Positions 20,101 through 27,424 of a stretch of 64,000 nt of DNA are shown one piece after another; position 1 is the first letter of the stretch; the number at the start of each line of letters is the position of its first letter. A model generated the notes under the pieces. That model was given only the letters and a program-made list of their open reading frames with translations. It ran no database searches and was not told where the DNA came from. Origin of the DNA: Promethearchaeati archaeon SRVP18_Atabeyarchaeia-1 (GTDB lineage Archaea > Asgardarchaeota > Atabeyarchaeia > Atabeyarchaeales > Atabeyarchaeaceae); NCBI GenBank assembly GCA_037308085.1, contig CP147779.1:320001-384000 (forward strand), written 5' to 3'. The position numbers and the translations under genes are program-made.

Positions 20101-21179
20101 CCTACTTCATTTTCGGTTCCGAGGAGAGCTTAAGAAGAGCCTTCGCCGAGGGATATTTGGCGGGAGATGGATATACAAAGATTGCCCCAAGATACAGGAC
20201 TGTTTTTCCAGAATTTTCGACAAAGAGTCTTGAACTGGCCATTGGGATGCAACTCATCCTCAAATCCCTAGACTTTGGCAAGACCAGGTTTGGGAAGCAG
20301 CTTAAGCACTTGTACTGGAAATGGCGAAAGGACAAGCCCGGGATAGTCAATTTAAGGCTGCAAGGAGCCAGAAGTAATGACAGATTAGGCGAGAACTTCT
20401 GTCTGACAGTGGTGACTGACATACGCAAATCGAAATACGTTCATCCCTTCGTCTACGATATTGAGGTTGAGGGAGCACACAATTTTGTTGATGCCGAGGG
20501 AATGATCCTCGTCCACAATACTGACTCAGTGTTCTTGAAGAACCCGACCGATGCTCAGGTGGAGGAGATCTTTGATTGGAGTACCAAGAACTTGGGGATT
20601 GATCTGGAATTAGACAAGAAGTATAGGTATCTGGCTCTTAGTGAGAGAAAAAAGAATTACCTTGGTGTCTACGAAGATGGCGCGGTCGACATAAAGGGAT
20701 TGACGGGAAAGAAGAGGAATACGCCTGAGTTTCTCAAGGAAGCATTCCGGGAGATGGTTCGGGTTCTCGCAGATGTGCATTCGACCTATGACTTTGACGA
20801 GGCGCGAAGAAGGATCAAGGAGATCGTCATGACATGCTATAGAAAACTGGAGAAGCATGAGTACTCGTTGGATGAATTGGCGTTTGGCATTGAGTTAACC
20901 AAGGACCTGGGTGACTACAAGAAGACGACTCCCCAACATGTGAAGGCAGCGAAGCAGCTTCAGGATGGTGGCGCCGACGTCAGGGCAGGAGACATAATCT
21001 ACTTCGTCAAGACCAAGGGACCAGGCGGCGTTCGACCAATAAAGCAGGCAAACGTCAATGACATTGACATAGAGAAATACAAGGATCAATTGAAGAGCAC
21101 TTTCGAGCAGGTCTTAGATGCGCTGGGAATCGAGTTCCATGAGATAATGGGATATTCGAGGCTGGACGCATTCTACTAG
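17118..21179 (+). CDS. polB: Family B DNA polymerase (PolB1-like) with one intein
   Basis: DIE and FNGDQFD exonuclease motifs; DFASLYPS; KVFLNASYG; YGD[intein]TDS. Confidence 0.95.
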   Translation: MTGDAPSLDDYFPPTSNGKENRASKGSVGPGGKKKVQGELDLDVTDHEPTLSESDEEDEEEEEAESKIGEIAGHKYVTEAPPSVLLAVRYDGESRSAFARLYDPETRQLSDWKDNTGHLPYCFTDIPPDVIRKNFTKIVNHPGFRDLGVADKYDLLSDKQVKMTKIVAADPLAIGGRTDSIREYLPDNVWEAKIPYHICYIYDRGLTPGMLYRVSKNQLLPVESKIPESLRHEFSQIFENDPQEFKELLPRLLPYFIEPTPDIRRVAVDIEVHAPIVDRIPDATLAEHSVFAVSLASNDGLKEVYLLKPEGEDSNYRGLLNSSPNEEFRVTLFDSEVKLLKKTFEVLDDYPIVLTFNGDQFDLRYLSHRARKLGIDVNKTPIILTKDRAMLKRGEHIDLYRFFFNRSIQVYAFSNKYRDLSLDTVSRALIGIGKAEISKPIDQLSPTELATYSWQDAKITFGLTQFNGNLVLNLILLIMRLSHLPIEDVTRQAVSAWIRSLFYFEHRRAGYLIPRPQDISRVKGNVDTRAIIKGKKYQGGIVVEPQKGVHFKVAVLDFASLYPSIIKTRNLSYETVRCIHPECRANKIPETTHWVCIKRRGISSLLIGFLRDIRVKWFKLKSKDKKLDKNQRDLYEAVSQALKVFLNASYGVFGAEAFPLYCPPVAESTTAVGRYAIKKTIEKAKELGVEVIYGDSLAYDRRIFVQTPEGDIRLRKIGEFIDENMANPSGYRTLALENGKVRFQPIARLIRHRYDGQMLRITAQHGRTVVTKQHSVYTYRDGNITLCDAGKLRKGDLLFSLTNPIIESTYKENHVFDLAKLNWENYKDEVLLWRDNLRFPKKGGFCPYCGKNVAYLSTHAHLEHSNRRLPLSSNVDWRFIGGKNAKSERIPRFIQLTQDLAWILGFYCAEGSTSDVETRYGRKRVLFFGGQKRKHVERIKKYFDELLGKNSKIIRDVDKRTGNPMYYYHVSGVPAVALFSEAFGCKSGASQKRVPYFIFGSEESLRRAFAEGYLAGDGYTKIAPRYRTVFPEFSTKSLELAIGMQLILKSLDFGKTRFGKQLKHLYWKWRKDKPGIVNLRLQGARSNDRLGENFCLTVVTDIRKSKYVHPFVYDIEVEGAHNFVDAEGMILVHNTDSVFLKNPTDAQVEEIFDWSTKNLGIDLELDKKYRYLALSERKKNYLGVYEDGAVDIKGLTGKKRNTPEFLKEAFREMVRVLADVHSTYDFDEARRRIKEIVMTCYRKLEKHEYSLDELAFGIELTKDLGDYKKTTPQHVKAAKQLQDGGADVRAGDIIYFVKTKGPGGVRPIKQANVNDIDIEKYKDQLKSTFEQVLDALGIEFHEIMGYSRLDAFY
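19203..20519 (+). mobile_element. Intein (439 aa) at the YGD/TDS site with LAGLIDADG homing endonuclease
   Basis: Starts SLAYD, T..H block B (VTKQHS), LGFYCAEG and EGYLAGDG, VYDIEV..AHNF, ends VHN followed by +1 Thr. Confidence 0.93.
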
Positions 21180-21205
21180 CTGAAGCGGGAAGGCTCTGAA
21201 GTCGA

Positions 21206-22000
21206 CTATGGCAGGCTTTCGCCGCAATTGGGGCAAAACCTGGCTCTCGAAGGCAGCTCAGCTCGACAATGAGCGCAGCGCACTGCGCCCTCTTTCTCTT
21301 CTCCTTCCACTTCAGTCCTGTTGTCGAAGGTAAGTGGCATATTACCCGAATGGTTCCATCCACCAAAACCCTTTTCTCTTCTTGCCTCCTCGCTTGGGTA
21401 TGCGCCGCTGCTTCTCGCTGACTGCTCGCCGAAGATAAGGTTCAGATCAATAGGGCCATAGGATTTGCTATCCGGCGTGGAAGCTTCAGAAGACTCGCTG
21501 CCCTCAGAATAGGCGTTTGAGGAACCTCGATAGTGGGAATTTGATTCAGACTGCCGGGACCGAGACTGGTCAACTCGTCTGTCTTCGCCCATGTCTGACG
21601 AAACTTGGAATGTCCATGCAGCGCTCTTAAGAGAGGAAGTGTCAAGAAGTCTCTTGGCGGCATCTATAAAGATCTGGTGGCAAGCCGACTTGATCCTTTG
21701 GTAGTCTTCCATAGTGAGCCCGAGAAGTTCCAGTGCGCCATCCCTGTCCACGCATTTCCTATCCGAGCTACAACAGTATGCCAAGGAGCCATGGCAGGTG
21801 CGAAGCATCGCCAAGTCCTGCACGCTTCTTGATACGGGCTGGATCCTACTCCCTCCAATTACTAGTGATGCTCCTTCAACCTTGATATCAACGTAGGAAT
21901 TGCCTAGCAGGGCGTCGAGGATTTTCTGTGCGTCGTAGGCACGGCCGTTTATTATAATGACTCCTTTTGCCGAGGCTACCTCCAAGAAAAACACTCCCAC
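21206..22000 (-). CDS. Hypothetical Cys-rich protein with a C-terminal zinc ribbon
   Basis: TCHGSLAYCC....C.DRD.AL..LGL motif; C-terminal CAHC...CPNCG. Confidence 0.7.
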   Translation of the reverse strand: MGVFFLEVASAKGVIIINGRAYDAQKILDALLGNSYVDIKVEGASLVIGGSRIQPVSRSVQDLAMLRTCHGSLAYCCSSDRKCVDRDGALELLGLTMEDYQRIKSACHQIFIDAAKRLLDTSSLKSAAWTFQVSSDMGEDRRVDQSRSRQSESNSHYRGSSNAYSEGSESSEASTPDSKSYGPIDLNLIFGEQSARSSGAYPSEEARREKGFGGWNHSGNMPLTFDNRTEVEGEEKEGAVRCAHCRAELPSRARFCPNCGESLP

Positions 22001-22176
22001 ATAATAGTAATATCAAAGCGGAATATATCTCATTCTCTCAACAAAGGCCGACAGCTACCAGTAAGCGCAACTGGTAGTACTTAGAGAAGATCAGCGGAAT
22101 ACGAGACCTCTCTAGAGGTGATCGACCTAAGACCAACAAAGCATGGAACCCTCGTCAAACATGATAGAAAAAGAAA

Positions 22177-22392
22177 CTATCCCAGTGTGCTACTAATGTC
22201 TTCACCTTTGACTTCTGACTCGGGGAACTCGCTCCCACAGAAAGGGCACTTAACATATTTACAGCCGAACGATGATGATGGGCAGCCCCCACACGCGAAT
22301 GTTCTCCCATATGAAAGCGCAAATGATCGTTTACACTTTGGGCAAGTTACCATGGCTGACTCATCACCTTGGCACCTGAAAAGGATCAACAA
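22177..22392 (-). CDS. Small Cys-rich zinc-binding protein (likely start MVTC)
   Basis: CPKC...CGGC...C....CPFC. Confidence 0.65.
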   Translation of the reverse strand: MLILFRCQGDESAMVTCPKCKRSFALSYGRTFACGGCPSSSFGCKYVKCPFCGSEFPESEVKGEDISSTLG

Positions 22393-22414
22393 GTATTAAT
22401 GCTTTCTTGAGAGG

Positions 22415-23938
22415 GTTTCAATCTACGTAGGCATAGGTAGGTATGCATCAGCGTACCTATCGTATTCCACGTAGATCTGGGGCTTCACCTCATCATGTAG
22501 GAGCCTCACGAGTTCATCAGCACCCTTCCGCTCCGCCCCCGTCAGGGCGTACCCACCCACGAGGAGCGTGGGCAGGATGGCTTCATCCCACCGCTGCTTC
22601 CCGCGGGGAACGCCCTCCATCCTCAGGTACAGGTTGATGGCTGCGTTGAGCTGCCTATCAATCCGCAGGCCACAGTTCCCGCACTCGAAGACCGCTCCTC
22701 TCAGGTCTTTGCTGATCCACCCGCATCTGGAGCATGTCTTCGATGAGTACTGTGGGGGCACCTCGACGCCTCCTGCAAGCCTCCTTATTCCACGCCAATC
22801 CGTTCTCGCTACTCGGCGGTTCCACTTCCTGGAGCGCGTGTACAGCTTCTCCTTTCTCAGCGCCTCGAAGCCGCTCCTCTTGGAGAGCACGCGGATCGCC
22901 CTCGCAATCTCCACCTGGTGCTTCCTTGCACGGTTCCTCTCCCTTCTTGCGTACTCTGCGAGGACTCTCTTCGCCCTCTTCGACTTCGAGGCTTTCCTCT
23001 GCACGCTGCGCCTCTTCTCGAAGCTCGACACGTGCACCGAGGCTAGCCTCCTCGTGTCAATCTTCACCCAACCAGTCTCAGGACTGTACCCATCCATGGA
23101 TAGCATGTTCGAGTCCCACGCCACCGCCTCAGCAGTTCTCTCGTCCTCCTCGTCCTTTCTCTCCCCCTCCAATACATGAATGGGCAGGTGTATCTTGTCG
23201 GGCGTGATGACTGGTTCTCCTATGCCCGCGGAGGACACGTTGTCGGGCAACTTGAAGTAGCGTTGGGAGAGGTCGATGTAGACGAACTCACGTGGCTTCA
23301 GGGTGATCCTGAGCGTGTCGCCCTCAAGTTTGAGGAGGGTTTGCTTGACCTGTAGGAAGAGCCGCCCCGCGCGCGGACACGCCCTCTTCCTCTCACCCTT
23401 CTCATAGTTCCTCTTCCAGGAAGCCATGATGCTGAAGGCTGTCTTCAAGGCGGAGTCAACCCAGTGCGCAGCATAGCACCACTCTTCTAGGCACCCGTCT
23501 CTCAACCTCCGCTTGAAGGCATTGTCCTTCCTGTAGCGAGGGTAGAGCCTATGCTGCTTCTTGCCCCTGATCTGGTGCTTCTTCCACTCTGCCGTACGCC
23601 AGATGCACTGCAACATGGTGTTGAGGATGGAATTCTAGGCAGCCATTAGGCCGTTGAGTGCTTCGCCTTGGTTATGGCTGAGTGAATAGGTCCTTAGCGC
23701 CTTCAGCAACCGCCATATATTCGTGGGTTCTCATCCTCTGAGGCTTCTGGGTCTAGGGGTTCAGCGGACACGTCTTCAGTGTCTTCTCCGCCACGCGGTC
23801 TTCACAGGTGGGTTGTCCCTTCCTCGCCACGTCCGCAGTGGACAGGAGCGTCTCTTCACCAGTACTACTGTCCGAGGGTTCTCAATATAAACGACCACCC
23901 TCTTACGTACGCCTACTTATGCCTACGAACCCTGAAAC
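22415..23938 (-). mobile_element. Degenerate tnpB-carrying IS (IS607/IS605-like) with imperfect inverted end motifs
   Basis: GTTTCA-N5-CGTAGGCATA(G/A)GTAGG at both ends in inverted orientation; GC-richer than flanks; short HTH-like remnant (LLSTADVAR) upstream of tnpB. Confidence 0.65.
22423..23709 (-). pseudogene. tnpB: tnpB with an in-frame TAG at 23635-23637 (intact portion 22423-23616)
   Basis: TTG 23709 LKALRTYSL...LMAA*NSILNTM; AWDSN, GFEAL, SKTCSRCG...CGNCG, DRQLNAAINL. Confidence 0.8.
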
Positions 23939-24000
23939 TGTTGAATACGGCGAATGTTAACGCATTCTTAGAAGAGGAGGAGTTTGCGACAATCTGCATC

Positions 24001-26991
24001 CTAACTTTCGATGTATATTGATGGCCTATACGGCTGAGATAGAGCTCCTTTCTTGGTTGGGTCGTAAATCTCTTTCGCCTCAGCGTCGAATACTTTCACA
24101 TCAGCAGAGAACTGGGATCTAATCAGGTTCATTGATTCCTTCAGTGTTGACTCTTCGCTGAATCCGACTTTGAGCCTTCGCTCGATTAGACTCTTTGGCA
24201 TTGTCTTTATCGTGGCGCTGTAAGTGTTCTGAATGTATCTTGATATGATCTTCTCTTTGCCCTTGGCAAAGGGTTGGGAAAGGACCTCCCGGATCAGCGA
24301 ACCTATGATGGTGTCTTCCCCCTTCAGGGCCGCACTTAACATCAGTTTATAGACTTCGGACATCCATCTTGGAGACGTGTAGTAGAATAATGTCTTAGGC
24401 TTGATGTTAGTCACTTTCATTATGGCTCTGGTATCCTCGAGCACCCTCATTAAGTAACTCTCTTGCTCTTCCGCTTCGATATCTATGAGACGCTGGTCCG
24501 CCGACGGCCACGTGGCGTTAGAGATGAAGCCTTTTCCCCCAAACTTCTCCCAAGCTTCTTCGCAGACATGCGGTGCAAATGGTGCCAGCAGTCTGACCCA
24601 AGTCTCAGCCACCTTGGTCAGCACGAAAATCGTTGAATCGCGCCGACCTGCAGATCCTTCATGCCTGTCGGCCGTTTCAGCATTGACTCTTCTCAGGTAC
24701 CAGCCCAGGTCGATGTCTAGCAAGAAGAATGCTTGTTGAAGTACTTCTCGAACCTCGCAGTTCTCCATCGCCTCGGTTGCCTGGGCGACGCGAGTTTGCA
24801 GGATGGAGAGCATCCACTTGTCTATGGGATTCAGTGGGGGGCTTGTTCTTGTCCCTGAAAGATCATTGGCAGCAGATTTGCCCGATGCTGCATCGACTAT
24901 GAATTCGTAGAATTTCTCAAGTCGCTGGCGCATGGTTTCCGCAATAGAATCACTGAAGTTGGCGTCTGAGAGAAGTTCGGCGGAGCCGAGGACAACGATC
25001 TTTATTGTGTCTGCACCATAGCGCCCAATTGCGTCGCGTATTGGGATTGTGTTGCCAATTGACTTACTCATCTTCTTGCCTTCCATCTGAACCATTCCGT
25101 TGTTCACGATCTGTCTAGGCCAGAGATTTTCGGGAAAGATCGCGACATGGTTGAAGATGAAAAACGTCAAGTGATTCGGAACAAGATCACTTCCAGAGTG
25201 TCTTGAGTCCAGTGGATACCAGTAGAGGAACTCATTTCTCATTAATTTCAGTGTGTCTACTTGTAGACCAGCTTTCTTGGCGATTGCACTGGGATTGCCT
25301 ATTCCTAGAAATACATAATCGAAGACATCATCGTTGAACTGCCCTTCCAGCAATTTCAATTCTTTTATGTACTTGGCAATGGTGTAGTAGGCCATGTATA
25401 TCGTTGAATCTGATAGGCTTTCAATTATCCAGGCCGGGTCCTGCGGGAGGTTTGTTCCTAGACCTGACTTCCTGGCACACGCCCTGTATCTTAGCCAATC
25501 GATAACATTTCTATACTCCTGTCTAAGATCCTCCGGGATTATCCGCATTCTTTCCAGTTGCTCATGTACCGTTTTCTTCCATTCGGCATCTCCGTAGTTG
25601 ATGAACCACTGATTCTCGACGATCTTGACCACACACTCGGTCCTACATCTGCAGTAGATGGGGCTGTTAGTCAACTCGTAGAACTTTTCGGCGAATCCTT
25701 CCCTTTCAAGATCGGATTTGACTAGGTCTTTGGCAACAGAGACCTTCATACCGGCATATTTGCCGGTATTGTCTTTCATAACGCCATCATTGAACTCTTT
25801 CAAGTAGACTTCCTTTGTGGCCTCCTCAGCCTTTTCGTCCATTTGGGACTTGATGCTCATTCGTTCGACAACATCGACGGCAGGAAGCTCGGAATAGCCG
25901 TCAACTTTGATGATTGAGATCGGGGAGACCTTTCTGATCCTCGAGGGCTCTAAATGGTATTTCTTCGATAGCTGCTCCAATTCGTTATCCTTCTTCAAGT
26001 CGATCAAAGCCAGATAGTCATAGGGGGCATGCCCTGGAACACTCATAACCAATCCAGTTCCAGTCTTGGGATCAACGAATGATGCTGGCAGAACTATGCT
26101 TTTCCGGCCGGTTAGGGGGTTGGATGCCATAATTCCGACTAACTTGCTTCCAAGTACCTCTTTCTGATCAGAGAAGTCGATTTTCCGGGATTGATATTTC
26201 AGCTTCTCATAGCACTCCTTCGAAGCCACCCATTTCTCTCCATTGACCAAGACGATGCGATACTCAACGTCGGGGTTGACCCAAATATTCGTGACACCGA
26301 AAAGAGTTTCAGGGCGGTACGTCGTCACCGGAAGTACGGATCCGTCGTCCAGTCTGAACTTAACTAAGCACACTTCAGCGATCTCGGGTTCTACGTCTCC
26401 CTGTGTGTCATGCATTCCTACGGGGCCATTATCGGATGGGCACCAGCCGACAGGGTGCGTTCCCTGAACAAGGTAACCTTTACTACTCAGTTTCCTGAAT
26501 TGCCATTGGATGAATTTCTTGTAGACTGGATCTATTGTGGTGAATTCTCGTCTCCAGTCTACCGAGTAACCCATCTCCTTCATTCCAAGTTTTAGTTCAT
26601 TGTGGAAATACTTGGCGAGGGTCATTGGATCGCTAAAGGATTCCACTACACCAGGCGGAACATGATAGATCCCTATGAACTCTTTTATTAGGTCACTGTC
26701 CTTGTTGGCTACTCTCTTTGCCATAGCTAGAACAGGAGTTCCTGTATAGTGGAAACCCTGTGGATACAGGACGTTGAATCCCCTCATCCTCTTGTATCTA
26801 GCATATACATCGGTTAAGCTGTATGTTCTCCCGTGACCAATGTGCTGCGGAGCGTTCACGTATGGATAGGCGACTGTTAAGAAGAATTTCGGTTTCGATG
26901 GGTTTACATCAGCTTCGAAGATTCTTGCTTCTTCCCAACGCTTCTGCCACTTTTCTTCTATTCTCCTGAATTCGAAGTGTTGTGATGCCAT
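24001..26991 (-). CDS. leuS: Leucyl-tRNA synthetase (archaeal type)
   Basis: AYPY..PQHIGH, TYRPET, GTGLVMSVP.HAPYD, KMSKS. Confidence 0.96.
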   Translation of the reverse strand: MASQHFEFRRIEEKWQKRWEEARIFEADVNPSKPKFFLTVAYPYVNAPQHIGHGRTYSLTDVYARYKRMRGFNVLYPQGFHYTGTPVLAMAKRVANKDSDLIKEFIGIYHVPPGVVESFSDPMTLAKYFHNELKLGMKEMGYSVDWRREFTTIDPVYKKFIQWQFRKLSSKGYLVQGTHPVGWCPSDNGPVGMHDTQGDVEPEIAEVCLVKFRLDDGSVLPVTTYRPETLFGVTNIWVNPDVEYRIVLVNGEKWVASKECYEKLKYQSRKIDFSDQKEVLGSKLVGIMASNPLTGRKSIVLPASFVDPKTGTGLVMSVPGHAPYDYLALIDLKKDNELEQLSKKYHLEPSRIRKVSPISIIKVDGYSELPAVDVVERMSIKSQMDEKAEEATKEVYLKEFNDGVMKDNTGKYAGMKVSVAKDLVKSDLEREGFAEKFYELTNSPIYCRCRTECVVKIVENQWFINYGDAEWKKTVHEQLERMRIIPEDLRQEYRNVIDWLRYRACARKSGLGTNLPQDPAWIIESLSDSTIYMAYYTIAKYIKELKLLEGQFNDDVFDYVFLGIGNPSAIAKKAGLQVDTLKLMRNEFLYWYPLDSRHSGSDLVPNHLTFFIFNHVAIFPENLWPRQIVNNGMVQMEGKKMSKSIGNTIPIRDAIGRYGADTIKIVVLGSAELLSDANFSDSIAETMRQRLEKFYEFIVDAASGKSAANDLSGTRTSPPLNPIDKWMLSILQTRVAQATEAMENCEVREVLQQAFFLLDIDLGWYLRRVNAETADRHEGSAGRRDSTIFVLTKVAETWVRLLAPFAPHVCEEAWEKFGGKGFISNATWPSADQRLIDIEAEEQESYLMRVLEDTRAIMKVTNIKPKTLFYYTSPRWMSEVYKLMLSAALKGEDTIIGSLIREVLSQPFAKGKEKIISRYIQNTYSATIKTMPKSLIERRLKVGFSEESTLKESMNLIRSQFSADVKVFDAEAKEIYDPTKKGALSQPYRPSIYIES

Positions 26992-27424
26992 TGTCAGAAT
27001 TGACCCCCGTTATTTTTGTGACCGTCCCACTCGGCAATACTTGCCGATGCTTTGGTGATGAACTGATATTCATATATGGGATCCGAGCTTTCAGAAGACT
27101 GCCATGTAGAATGCAAAACTGGCATGTCTGCTAGCGAGTATTTCTGGTATTCTACATGAAAGAGAAGGAATAGTTGGCGCCTATTATAAGAGTTATCACG
27201 TGAGGGCAGAGACGCGAAGATAGAACTAGAGACCGATGAGATTATAATCCCTCAAAACCATTCTATCTGGTTCCTCCTCTCTTGGGCAATCTCCTATGAT
27301 AGTTGCACATTGTCACTAATTAACATTTGGTCGACTTTGCTTGACTCTCGTTTTGCTAAAGCCTCTCGTCGAGAAGTGAATAAGAGCGACGAAATCTAAC
27401 GAGTGAAGTACGTGAGGCCCTTTG

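Noticed and set aside
23635-23637. Pyrrolysine readthrough of the TAG in tnpB
   Set aside because: It lies in a decaying mobile element, a single change from a Tyr codon explains it, and no pyl genes are in the window.
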